Positions 12,320 through 24,349 of a stretch of DNA of 64,000 nt are shown piece by piece (position 1 is the first letter of the stretch; every line of letters begins with the position of its first letter). The position numbers were made by a program, and so were the translations under genes. The stretch spans positions 29,240,822 to 29,304,821 of the forward strand of contig NC_057719.1 in the NCBI RefSeq assembly GCF_004010195.1. Reading direction: 5' to 3'. The notes under the pieces were generated by a model, which saw only the letters and a program-made list of their open reading frames with translations, was not told where the DNA came from and did not search any database. Origin of the DNA: Chiloscyllium plagiosum. Its lineage: Eukaryota.

Positions 12320-15300
12320 GGGGATCCAACATGGTGGTGATCTAGGAAGATCGCGTTGCCGAGCTCCACACCACATCGCAAGTGGGATAAAGTCCTGACC
12401 CGCCCTACCCGGACCACCACAATAAGGTCGTGGAGTCCCAGGAAACTGCCAGAGAGCAACTTACCTTGGTCATCCAAGGATGCCGAAGAGGGAGGAGGTA
12501 TGTCTGAGGCTGAGCCTGTGGCCCAGCCTGCAGGATCCTCAGACTCAATTTCTTACCAGGTCCTGATGAAGGAGTTTGCGAGATGTTGGGCAAGTAGATA
12601 GAGAAGCTGGGCCCGATCTCTATCATGCTGTAGAAACGCAAACAGCCACTGGGAGACCTGAAGAAAAGGACGGATGAGGTAGAACACAGAGTTGCAATGG
12701 TGGAAGCTGATACCGGTTCCTCTAAGGATAGGATCCAGGCCCTGGAGACGAAGGTCCGTAATTTGCTTGACCAGGTTGATAACCTCAAAAACAGGGACAG
12801 GAGAAAAAATATTTGCATTGTCTGTCTGCCGGAGGATAAGAAAGGTGAGCGGCCAGTGGAATTTATTGAGGACTGGTTGCCGAAATTCCTTAACTTGGAG
12901 GCTGGAATGAGAAGCTTGAAGATTGAGAGGGCTCACCGGGTCACAATGCAGAGGTTAGGTCTGAACTAGCATCCTTGTCATATCTTGGTGCGGTTTCATC
13001 TCTATAGAGATAAGGAGAGAATCGTGGAAGCTTCCAGAATCCAGGGGAAGGATTCGAAGGCCTTACTTTACGAGGGCTCTAAGATCATGTTCTTCAAGGA
13101 CTTCTTGGTAGCAGTGATCTCGAAAAAAAAACATCCTATGACACTGTCAAGAGAAGATTGAGGGAGCCCGGGATCCAGTACTCTCTGAAGTATCTGGCAG
13201 TGCTCCGGTTCACCTTAGATGGATCTGTACATCTCTTTGATACATCGGAGAAGGCAAGACACTTTGTGGACAAATTAACTTAATCTGAACAATTTAGTAT
13301 GTACAAATTTAGTGTTGTTTGGGTATGTCTCTACTTTACTTTTTAAAAAAAGAGAGCAAGTTCGGTCGAGGCTTTCTTTTCCTATTTCTTTTATTGCTAA
13401 TAATCTGGTCTAACCATGCTCGGAGGCAGTTGGGATGTGTACTTTCAATTTCTAAGTTAAGTTATACCAAAGGATGGATGAGGTACTTGCCTTTTTTGTT
13501 CAAAGTTTCTTTATTAACATTGTTATTTTATGGTGTATTTTCTTTCTTTTCTGATTGTGTTTGAGGTGCGGCTCTAGCTAGGAGGAGAGAAATGGTTGGG
13601 ATGGCTAGATGCCTACTTACAGGCAGTTTATGCCTGGTTCAGGTATTTAAATGACCTGGCTGCAGTACTGGCAGCGGGATGGGAAGTAGGGCTTTGAGAT
13701 ATGTAGCTGCCCCCTTTGGGCAGGAGGTGAGTTCCCCTATTCAGAGCCTTTGGCACTTTATATGTTGGTTTGCTTTTTGGTTTTTGTTGTATATAATCTT
13801 TGATAGTTTTGGTGGTTGTTAGCTGTAGTGGTTTTAGTTTATGTAGTTTTTATGTTTGATGGATCTTGCAACACTAAGCCTCGACAATTTGTAATTTGAG
13901 GTTCTCCTCTTTGGAATCTAAATGTTACTGCAGAAGGTTATGGCTAATGACTTGATTAGATGGTGTAGATGGAATATCAAGGGGAGTCACTCACCAATTA
14001 AGAGGAAAAAGGTACTCTGGAGTCTGAGAAAGGAAAAAGTGGATATTGCTTTATTACAAGAGACACACTTGAATGATGGGGAATCTTTGAAACTACAACA
14101 GAATAGCTTCAATTGGGTTGATTTTTCATCATTTAATACCAGAAGTAGGGGAGTGGCTATATTGGTTAGGAGGAATTTCCCATTTAAGTTACTAGAGTTT
14201 GTTAAAGACACACATGAGAAGTTTGTAATCCTCAAAATCCTGAAAAATGGACAAGAATATGGTGTTTTAAATGTTTATTGCCCTCCGGCCCATCCCCTCA
14301 AATTTCTGGTAGATGCATTCTCTAAATTGATCAGTCTCAAGTCCTGACATATTATTATAGGAGGAGATTTTATTGTCTTAAGGATACCACGGTTGACAAG
14401 TTGCCCAAAGCCCCCCCCCCCCCCCCCTGATATCTTCTGTACAAACTAAACAATTAGTGGATCTGTGTGTGGAGTTAGGGTTGGTGGACGTTGAGAGGCA
14501 TCTCCACCTACAGGCAGGAATTTTACGTTTTTTTCCAATCCACACTGATGTCAAACTAGGATTGATTTTTCTGACTCCCCCCGGCAACCCTAGACTTGGT
14601 GGCATCTTGTACGATTGCTAAAATTACCATCTCTGATCATGCTCCAGTGTACGTGTTAGTTAAGATTAAGGATGCTATAGTGGGCCTGAGGCACTGACGA
14701 ATGGATCCCTTTATCCTTAAGGATGTGGAGTTTGTGGAGTACTTCTCAGGAATTTAGAGCGTTCCTAGACATTTAATTCAGGCTCGTTTAGTAGCCCATC
14801 CATCCTTTGGGAAACTGCCAAAGCCTATACCAGAGGGTTAGTTGTTTCCTACTCTGCCAGTAGGAAGTGACAGAAGGGCGAGCAGCAGCGTCTCTTCAAA
14901 ATACAGTTGAAGGCAGCCAAGAAGGCTTACTTTGATAGGCCCTTGTTGGCCAAGTAACAGAGGATTACGATGCTGTGGTCTGAATTGAATTCCGTGCTCA
15001 TGCAGACAGCAAAGAAGGAGCTTACTTTCGCAAAACAAAGGTTATATGAGCATGATGACAAGCTGGGCAAGTACCTAGCATATCTCACCAGGAAAAGGAG
15101 TGCCTCTCAAGCCATTACATTGATTAGGGAAGGGTCTGGGAACCTAACATGGGATTCCAAAAAGATTAATGTGGCATTCCAGAGATTTTATTCTGAATTA
15201 TACAGATCTGAGGATTGTGAGGAGGGGAGGGCCAAATTGGAACACTTTTTCGAGGACCTGGAGCTCTCAGGTGTGACCCCCGAACAAGAGTCTTTTCTTA

Positions 15301-16932
15301 ATGCCTGCTTATTAGAGCAAGAGGTGCAGGAGGCTGTAAAGCAGCTTCAGAATGGAAAGGCACGCGGTCCTGATGGACTTCCTAGTGAATTCGATAAGGA
15401 ATTTATAAGCATATTGTCAGGCTCGATGCTCAATATGCTTAATGACTCGTACAGTCATGATCTTCTCCCGCCATCTCTAAAAGAGGCCAATAGTTTGCTT
15501 ATTCTTACAAAAAGGAAGGTCCCAGAGGACTATGCTTCTTTCAGGCCCATTTCATTCATAAATGATGACTTTAAAATCCTCTCCAAGACTCTCGGCTTTA
15601 AGGCTGGAAACTGTGTTATTTTTTATTTGTTATAGAGGACGAGATGGGCTTCATAAAGGGCCGCAGATCCTCCGATATTGTTAGGAGGCTGCTTAATGTA
15701 ATCCAAGCATGTCATCAACAGTCAATACAGGGATTGGTGATTTCTCTAGATGCAGAGAATGCATTTAACCGAGTTGAGTGGCCTTTTTTATACTCTAGAG
15801 CAGTTTGACTTGGCCAAAGCCTTTATAAGATGGGTAAAGGTTCTCTACAGTGAATCTCTCGCTGTGGTCATCACCAATGGGGTACGATTCAGCAATTTTA
15901 GCATTTTTAGGGGCAGCTGACAGGGCTGTCCCCTTTCGCCATTGCTTTTTACATTGGTGATTGAACTATTGGCAAAGGCTATTCGTAGGATCCCAATATA
16001 TTGGCTCCTGAAGTGGGGTCAAAATTACATAAGATTTCATTGTACACAGACGATGTCCTTGTTTCTTTATCAAACCCAGCAGTTTTGGTGCCTCGTCTGA
16101 TACAATGCATCAGCTTGTTTGACACCTTTTCAGGGTACAAGATTAATTTTGCAATATCAGAGGCTATGCCTATGGATGGCTTTACAAAGGTGCCAAATCT
16201 TGAGAGCAAATCTCGATTCCCCCTTGAGTGGTCATAGAGGGGGTTTATGTATTTGGGCATATTCATCACTCCGGTTCTTGACTGGTTGTTTAAAGCTAAG
16301 ATTTACAAGGATGTTGCCAGGGTTGGAGGATTTGAGCTACAGGGAGAGGCTGAACAGGCTGGGACTGTTTTCCCTGGAGCGTCAAGGCTGAGAGGTGACC
16401 TTATAGAGGTTTGCAAAATTATGAGGGGCATGGATAGGGTAAATAGACAAAGTCTTTTCCCTGGGGTTGAGGAGTCCAGAACTAGAGGGCATGGGTTTAG
16501 GGTGAGAGGGGAAAGATATAAAAGAGACCTCCGAGGCAACTTTTTCATGCAAAGGATGGTACGTGTATGGAATGAGCTGCCAGAGGATGTGGTGGAGGCT
16601 GGTACAATTGCAACATTTAAGAGGCATTTGGATGGGTATATGAATAGGAGGGGTTTGGAGGGATATAGGCCGGGTGCTAGCAGGTGGGACTAGATTGGGT
16701 TGGGATACCTGGTCGGCATGGACAGGTTGGACCGAAGGGTCTGTTTCCATGCTGTACATCTCTATGACTCTAAGACCTTCAAAGATGGGAGGTGCTTCTG
16801 ATTTCATGGTTAGGTCGGATAGGGCTTATTAAGATGAATATTCTCCCTCGTTTGTACTCTGTATGGATGCTCCCCCTAATTTTCGATAAGCAAATGTTCA
16901 GGAGACTGAATGGCTGGTTCAGCTCTTTTAGT
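12320..16932 (+). mobile_element. L1-clade LINE (ORF1 + ORF2 EN/RT), 3'-incomplete, disabled
   Basis: ORF1 NRDRRKNICIVCLPE...KIERAHR; ORF2 WNIKG...IALLQETHL, GKARGPDGLP, FRPISFIN.DFKILSK, QGCPLSPLLF, SLYTDDVL. Confidence 0.93.
16298..16771 (+). mobile_element. Young CR1 3' fragment nested in L1 ORF2
   Basis: RFTRMLPGLEDLSYRERLNRLGLFSLE...; tail ctctatgactct; L1 sequence resumes at about 16772. Confidence 0.92.
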
Positions 16933-16974
16933 TGGCCTGTTAATATTTTATCCTAACAATTGTCAAGACTTCAT

Positions 16975-17245
16975 TCAGTTAAAAGTCAACCTCATTGCTG
17001 TGGGTCCAGAGTTACTTGTAGGGTAGGCCAGGTAAGAATATCATATTTCCTTCCCCAAAGAACTTTAGTAAACCGGATGTGCATTTATGACAATGGTTAC
17101 ATCAGACTACTTTTAATTCCAGAATTTTGTTGATTTTAATTTTCACTATCTGTACAGTAAGCTTCAAACTCATACCCCCAGAATATGAGTCTTGATGTCT
17201 AGACTACTAGCCCATTGACATTACCACTACATTAATACCTCCCTC
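16975..17245 (-). mobile_element. SINE (same family as 9611-9945) between 42-bp direct repeats
   Basis: Reverse-complement similarity to 9620-9830; repeats at 16933-16974 and 17256-17297. Confidence 0.65.
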
Positions 17246-17679
17246 CGTCAGTTTGTGGCCTGTTAATACTTTCTCTTAACAACTGTCAAGACTTCATAAA
17301 TTTCATCTGTGCTCTATCTTGAAATTTAGATATATGTTTTCAGCTCTTTGAATTTTACAATCGTAAAACGTACTTCAATTTATATAGGCAGCATCTTTGA
17401 CATTTGGATTAATCAAACTATTTGTCTTAAACTACATAAATAATGACATTTGCAAATATTCCAAAATGTCTGTGTAAACAGTCAAAGAACTACTTTCTTT
17501 ATGCTTTTTTGGAAAGTTTAGAAAAGAAGGTCAGATGGATTCCTGACAGAAAGTTGCATTATAAGACAGAATGTTTACTTCCAATTTTCCAGTTTGTTTG
17601 GCTGCAATATACTTATTATATTTATTAATATTATATTTGAGATTTTTATATGCTTAATAATTATTTATCAACATTTCAG

Positions 17680-17742
17680 ATGACTGACAATCAAATGTCT
17701 GCTAATCAGTTTGAGTTTTCAAGTTTGTTCTTCAAGAAAACG
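17680..17742 (+). CDS. Candidate additional 63-nt phase 0/0 exon (MTDNQMSANQFEFSSLFFKKT)
   Basis: acatttcag acceptor, ACG|GTAAAA donor, 21 open codons; frame-neutral between flanking exons; lies in non-repeat AT-rich sequence. No homologous segment recalled in the human protein. Confidence 0.5.
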
Positions 17743-18074
17743 GTAAAAATTAATGCTGTTAAAAAGTTTAATAACAAGTTGGCTGATGCTCAAGCACTTG
17801 TTTATAGCATTTATGGACATTGACGTTTCCTGCTAATGATTTGGTGTAGGTAAAAATAGTTTTGCAGGTTATGTGCAGGGTTTTAAGAAAATATTAGTAA
17901 TATGGATAATAACTATTTCATTAGCTATAGGTGGATTCAAATCCAGGCTCCAGAAGTGGAAGAACTAGGGTACTTAGTCCCTGTAAGAGACATTTTCAAA
18001 ATAAATTTTATAGAAAAAAAATGTAATTGCAATTGGTGCAATCTACCACTGGTTGATTTTGACCTAAAACAGTA

Positions 18075-18255
18075 GATTTTCAGAAGTCTTTAATGAAGTC
18101 CCCCATAGGAGGTTAGTAGGCACAGTTATAGCTCATAGGGTAGGGGATAGTATATTGGCATGAATCAAGAATTGTTTGCAGACAGGAAACAGTGAGAGCA
18201 AATAAATAGATCTATTTCTGAGTGGCAGGCAGTGACTATTGTGGTACCACAAGTA
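18075..18255 (+). mobile_element. Degraded CR1 RT fragment
   Basis: gattttcagaag.cttt.atgaagtcccc...ggcaggcagtgacta.tgtggtaccaca (DFQKAFDKVP to GVPQG region). Confidence 0.7.
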
Positions 18256-18269
18256 TGGTTTGTCCATTC

Positions 18270-18630
18270 TATGTGTATATTCAAGTCACCCATGATTACA
18301 GTTGTGCCCTTATTGCATGTTTGTTTCTTGTTTAGTGCCTTCCCTTACTACAATTTGGGGGATCTATAGATAACCTCCAACAACATTTTCTGCACTTTTG
18401 TGTTTCTTATCTCCACACATACAGATTCCACATCACAATTCTTCAAGCTGATATCCTTCTTCACTATTGCATTGATTTACTCTTCTACTAATAATGCTGC
18501 TCCATTCCTTTCATAACTGACTATCCTTTCTAAATAGTGAATACCCCTGAAAGTTCAGTACCCATTCTTAGATACCCTGAAACCAGTTCTCTGTAAACAC
18601 AACTATATCATAACAGTTTATATCTGCGTA
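18270..18630 (-). mobile_element. Degraded CR1 endonuclease fragment
   Basis: Resembles 38300-38490 (cacacatacagattc, gtctata) on the same strand. Confidence 0.5.
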
Positions 18631-19366
18631 TACTGAAGGAGGTACAAAGCCTAATGTTTTGACGGGAAGGATAAAAACTGTTACTTAGCCAAAATATCGT
18701 AAGTTCAGCTTGAACATTTAGACATCAAGGGATAGATTTTCTCACAGGCTTTGGATCCCCAATGTTGGGACCAAGTGGTTGTCCCGAGCCAGCATTTGTC
18801 AACAGGAAACGTGATGTCACATTCCTCAAGGTGGTGGCCTCCTATATGTCCACCTCGACTATCTGGTTGAGGACAGTGGGAAGACTCTTGATGCTGTCAA
18901 ACCAATCAGAGGGTCTTTATATTAGTTATGTTCTTATTGGAACAGAGAAGATTTTCTTGTAGTGCTTACTGTTTGAAAGGATCAAAAGTAGGGAATAGAA
19001 ATAAATTAATTCCAGTAACCATGGACTCTAGATTGAGGGAAGGTAAGAATAAGCATAGAACTTTAAGAATTAAGAGCAGAAAGTAATTTTTAAAACTAAG
19101 GACCATGGTGCCATAGAGTGCATTCTCAGAGTTAGTGAGGTAGGATAATTTCAATTTTTAAGAATAGATTGAAAGCAAATAAAATAACTGAAGAAATTTG
19201 TACAAAGAACATAGAAGTAAAACTAAGACGATTGTTTTCCTGGAAAATAAAAACTAACATTGGCAGATATGGTCAAACAGCATGTTTTGTATGAATGCTA
19301 TGTAATTTTACTATATATTACTAAGTCTATGTAAAAATATAATCTTGCCTTTCTGTTTATTTTTAG

Positions 19367-19427
19367 CCTGAAAAGGGTAATTCAGCTAACATAACAAGCA
19401 ATCTTCTGTCATCACAAAAAGATATTG
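19367..19427 (+). CDS. SIX6OS1: SIX6OS1/C14orf39-like penultimate coding exon (PEKGNSANITSNLLSSQKDI-G)
   Basis: Strong acceptor ctttctgtttatttttag; peptide parallels recalled human ...NLNPLSSEQEIG; ends phase 1 at G|GCAAGT (GC donor), in frame with the last exon. Confidence 0.8.
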
Positions 19428-19775
19428 GCAAGTATTCTGAGCTCTGAAAATTCCAGTTTACAATCTTAGTCATCTGTAAAAGATTCTTACTTGTACACAA
19501 AAATCACATGCCTGCCCCATTATTTCACAGCTGAAGTCAGGACCTTTCCTGATCTAAGGTAGCTTCTTTCTCGAAATCAAGATGTTCCCACATACCCCTT
19601 CTTATTGTTTCTATCCTGGCCAGCAGTATTTTACTGTGTAAAATTATGCTGCACCTGCTGGCGATCTGTCTCTTCCCATCTATTTTGAATGGACAATCTT
19701 TATTTCTTTTGATTGAATTTATCTTGTAACTCACATTATAATAAAATATATATCAGAAAATTATCATTTGATCAC

Positions 19776-20432
19776 TGAAAGTGGAGTTGCAGGTAGATAG
19801 GATAGTGAAGAAGGTGTTTGGTATACTTCCCTGTTTTGGTCAGTGCTTTGAGTATAGGAGTTGGGAGGTCATGTTTCAGCTGTACAGGACATTGATTGCA
19901 CCACTTTCAGAATACTGTATGCAGTTCTGGTCTCTCAGCTATGGTAAAGATGTTGTGAAACAACAGAAAAGATTTTCAAGGATCTTGCCGGGTTTGTAGG
20001 GTTTGAGCTATAGGGAAAGGTTGAATAGACTGGAGCTATTTTCCCTGGAGCGTCGGAGGCTGAGGGGTGACTTTATAGAGATTTATAAAATCATGAGTGG
20101 CATGGATAAGCTAAATAGACAAGGTCTTTTTCCTGCAGTGGGGGAGTCCAAAACTAGAGAACATAGGTTTAAGGTAGAGGGGAAAGATTTAAAAGGGACC
20201 TAAGGGGCAACATTTTCATACAGGGTGCTGCATGTATGGAATGAGTTGCCAAAGGAAGTGGTGGAGGCCGGTATAGTTACAATATTTAAAAGGCATCTGG
20301 ATGGGTATATGAATAGGAATGGTTGGGAGGGATATGGGCCAAATGCTGGCAAATGGGACTAGGTTTATTTACCATATGTAGTGGGCATGGACGAGTTGGA
20401 CTGAAGGGTCTGTTTCTGTGCTGTATATCTCT
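19776..20432 (+). mobile_element. 5'-truncated CR1
   Basis: QVDRIVKKVFG...EYCMQFWS...LFSLERRRLRGD; same 3'UTR as 6400-6500. Confidence 0.93.
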
Positions 20433-20439
20433 CTCAATA

Positions 20440-21173
20440 TATGAATTGGATTTTAAAATAGAGGCGGATGGACTTTGATTTACTCTGTGGAAGTGACTTT
20501 TTTTTTAAAAGCTCAGAAGGTTGTATGGAACAGTGACCTAATTACATCATTTTGAAGAAAACATACAACTTCAGTCAAGTGCCTGTGGTGTTAATAGATG
20601 GAGTACATCTACTCCTGAGTTTACCAATGGACCAGAGGCCATTTGACTTCAGAAGGGAGAACAGTTTCCTCCAAGTATGAGAATCAGGTTTTAGTCTAGT
20701 GGAACTAGTCACCATAACTGAAGTGTTTTTATTTCATGAAGCTTCTGAGCCAGGAGAGTTTGTTAGAACTGAAAAAGTTTAGGTCATCAAAATTATGAAA
20801 CATTCATGCCAGCTGACTTGAAAAATAACTAATATTGTTTCCGCAGTCCAAAGAAAAGAAACTGAGAGATGTCAGTTGGTTAAGAATTAAAGAGTTGAGA
20901 TCAGAGTAATATTTCTCTGGAATTGACTATCTGTAAAGGGATAGTGTGAGGAAACAGGTTGAAACTTTGTTTTGTTGTTTGTTTTAAGTTGTATTTTAAA
21001 TGTACTTTTTTTCTGTTGTCTAATAAATTTATGTTCTGTTAAAGAACATTGCAATCTCATATGAATATAATTCTGTAACTAACCATCATGACAATCCTAT
21101 AATCTGTCAAGTCAAGTCAGGCTTTGTTCTGGAATCCAACTTATCCAGTACTATTATCTGTTGGATCATAGCA
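20440..21173 (+). mobile_element. Probable solo LTR
   Basis: AATAAA at about 21022; 3' end ...acttatccagta...ggatcatagca resembles recalled shark Gypsy LTR ends; 5' boundary unclear. Confidence 0.4.
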
Positions 21174-21208
21174 ATGTGCCAAAATATTGATATACTTTAG
21201 TAAAATAT

Positions 21209-22863
21209 ATGTGGAACCACAGAAGGTGGTATTTTGGGTCAGTATATCCCATGGAGAAAGACGTGGAAGGTAGGGAATTCGGACCAAACAAATAGCGATG
21301 TCTTGAAAAGAGTCCACATTAAAAAAGAGCAGGTGCTGAAGGTCTTAAACACATAAACTGGATAAATCCCTGGGAGCTGATCAAGTGTACTCTAAGACAT
21401 TGTAGGAAGCTAGGGAAGAAATCATGTGGTCCTTAGCAGAGATATTTGTATAACCGAAAGCCATGGATGAGATGCAGAAGACTAGGGGATGGCTAATGCT
21501 GTGTCATTATTTAAGAAAGGCTGCAAAGAAAAGGCAGGGAACTACAGACTGGTGAACCTAACGTCAATGGTGGGTAAGTTGTTGGAGGGGATTCTGAGAG
21601 AGAGGAAATACCTGCTTTTGAAAGGCAAAGACTCCATTAGGGATAGTCAGCATGGCTTTGTGCATGGGAAATCGTGTCTCACAAATTTGATTGAGCTATT
21701 TGCAGATATGAACAAGAAGATAGATGAAGGCAGAGCAGTAGACCAGCAGTCAACCTGTACTTTAGCAAGGCCTTCAGCAACATTCTGTATGGCAGACTGG
21801 TTAGTAAGGTTAGATCACATAGTATTAGGTGAGCTAGCCAATTGGATACAAAATTGGCTTGTAGGAGACAGTGACCAGTGGTGTGCTGCAATGATCTGTG
21901 CCATGTCCACTGCTGTTCATCATTTATATAAACAATTTGGATGACAATATAGGAAGCATGGTTAGTAAGTTTGAAGGTGAACTGAAATTGGTTGTAATGT
22001 GGACAATGAAGAAGGTTATCTGTGAGTGCATCGGGATCTCGATCAACTGGACAAGTGGACTGAGGAATGGCAAATGGAGTTTAATTCAGATAAACGCGAA
22101 GTGTTGTGTTTAGTAAGACAAACCAGGGGCAGCACCTACACAGTTAATGGTAAGGCTCTGGGCATGTTTCTCAAACAGAGAGATATGGGAGTGCGGGTAC
22201 ATAGTTCTTTAGAAGTAAACTCATAGGTAGTCAGGGTGGTGATAAAAACATTTAGCACACCTGCGTTCATTGGTCAGAGCATTGAGTACAGAAGTTGTGA
22301 CATCATATTACAGCTGTCCAAGACACTGATGTGGTCACGTTGGACTACTGCATATAGTTCTGGTCATCCTGCTATAGGAAGGATATTATGAAACTGGAAA
22401 GGGTGCAAAAAAGATTTACAAGGATGTTACTGGGACTGGAAGGTTTGAGTTGTAAGTAGAGGCTAGATAGGCTAGGACTTTCTTCTCTGGAGCATTGGAG
22501 GCTGAAGGGTGGCCTTACAGAAATTAATAAAATCATGAGAGGCATGAATAAAGTATATAGCCAAGGGAAGGAGAGACCAAAACTAAAGGGCATAGATTTA
22601 AGGTGAGAGGGGAAAAACTTAAAAGGGGCCTGAAGAGCAACTTTTGCACACAGAAATTGGTGTGTATATGGAATGAGCTGCCAGAGGAAGTTGTAGAGGC
22701 GAGTATAATTACGACATTTAAAAGACATTTGGATTGGTACACGGATAGGACAGATTTAGAGGGAAATGGGCCAAATGCAGGCAAATGGGGCTACTTCAGT
22801 TTTGGCCTGGATGATTTGGGTGGAAGAGTCTGTTTTCATGCTGTATGTCTCCAAGACTATGAC
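21209..22863 (+). mobile_element. 5'-truncated CR1 ending about 30 nt upstream of the terminal-exon acceptor
   Basis: GNYRLVNLTS, QHGFVHGKSCLTNLIE, WNELPEEVVEA; tail ...gactatgac. Confidence 0.92.
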
Positions 22864-22892
22864 ATTATAAAGTTTTATTTTGGTTTTTACAG

Positions 22893-23050
22893 GTATGGAC
22901 AGTCCATCAAATGGTCAGCCATTCACATTTTCCTTCCAATCTGATATGTCTTCAAATAATTTTGGAAACAGCAAAGATGAATTCAGTTTTGGTTTCTCAT
23001 TTGGACAGGATCAGAAATCATCTCAACCAGGTCTTTTCAAATTCTTTTAA
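22893..23050 (+). CDS. SIX6OS1: SIX6OS1/C14orf39-like terminal coding exon (GMDSPSNGQPFTFSFQSDMSSNNFGNSKDEFSFGFSFGQDQKSSQPGLFKFF*)
   Basis: Acceptor ttttggtttttacag; open to TAA 23048-23050. Matches recalled human C-terminus GFTFSFPSD...FGAGKDDFSFPFSFGQGQ...QFTFF. Confidence 0.88.
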
Positions 23051-23161
23051 GTGCAGATGTCCTTTGTCTTTTGAATCCAATTAGCAATAACAAATGGAAG
23101 ATCAAAAATATTTATTTTCTTGATTTGGAGACTGAATTATAATATTTTTCTGGTTAGTCTG

Positions 23162-23167
23162 AATAAA
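23162..23167 (+). promoter_or_regulatory. Candidate polyadenylation signal of the SIX6OS1-like gene
   Basis: First AATAAA after the stop codon (about 110 nt downstream), followed by T/GT-rich sequence. Confidence 0.55.
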
Positions 23168-24032
23168 ATAATAGTAATGTGATTTTATATTAGTTTTTCA
23201 TTTTAAAAATGGGTTGCAAATGCAAAGGTTATTTCAACAGTCAATGTTGTATCACCTGAAATACCTCTTAATGTTAGATCAGAAATGTGTGGCTACTGAA
23301 CTGAAGATCCCGAACATAAGTTAACTAGTAGACATTTAGAGTTGTCTCAGTTTAAAGTATTGTTATTTCACCAGTTGTATTTAATGCATATCCAGCTGGC
23401 ATAAACTGTTCTGTTATTTTACATAAATATAAAAAAAGCTATTGTACAGCAAAATTACTTGTTTTTTTTTCCAGTTTAATACTAGTCTGTGGAAGTGCAA
23501 TACAGCTGACATTTCTGCTAATTGTTAGCTTAAAGGCAGAATTGACTGATAATGTAGAAACTCTGTAAGCACATTTTTTTCAGTTATTGCGTAAGTGTAT
23601 TAAATTATATGATGCTGTTGCTTGATATGATCTTGAAGCCACTTGGTATTCTAAAATATTGAGTGTGTTAATAGTGATATAAAATGAATTCTGCATTGTT
23701 CTTTTTTATTTGAGAGATTATAATAATTTAGCACTAAATTGCAAAAATCTTGTTATAGAAATTTAGGTTTCTTCATTCAATTCACTAAATTCTTTGAATA
23801 TTATAAAGCATCATGATTGACATGCAAATTGATTAAAAAGAAAAACTAAACATAATATAAACGTCAAACATAAAATGTAATCTGGGAGAATTTTCATAGT
23901 CCGTGAACAATATCAGCCATGGATAGGCAGTTAGGAAAATTTGGCAAGAATGGAGAAATTAGATTCTCAATTCGAAGAAAAAGTGTTCAATTTTCCGCAT
24001 AAAGTTTCAATGACTAATTGAGAATCTCACTA

Positions 24033-24207
24033 CAGAACAACCTCGATTTATGCCAACATCAATTATCCGAATTTCAGATTATCAGAACAAGATCTGAACA
24101 ACCTGTAAAAACACTATCCATTATCTGAATAATCCATTATCCGAACTCTCAGTTATCCAAATAAAATACTCCCCGCCCATCTCATTTGGATAATCGAGGT
24201 TGTTCTG
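24033..24207. mobile_element. Tc1/mariner (pogo/Tigger-like) MITE
   Basis: Perfect 16-bp TIRs CAGAACAACCTCGATT / AATCGAGGTTGTTCTG flanked by TA on both sides; internal ttatccgaa-like repeats. Confidence 0.88.
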
Positions 24208-24349
24208 TAATGAGTTACATGGGGCCTATTTGTACACATGCAAATCCCATTATTACCTAATCTCACTTCATTGATGTGCAGGTTGCTATTTTTCAAGGCA
24301 ATGTAGAGAAACTAGGTGGATCGATTTCTGACATAGAAGTCTGAGCAAT

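Noticed and set aside
14411..14427. C17 tract as a regulatory G-quadruplex
   Set aside because: Homopolymer expansion within dead L1 ORF2, possibly a sequencing length error; no functional evidence.
19367..19376. 10-nt micro-exon using the GT donor at 19377
   Set aside because: Phase-compatible, but it drops the NLLSSQKDI segment that resembles the recalled human protein; the GC donor is preferred, though not proven.
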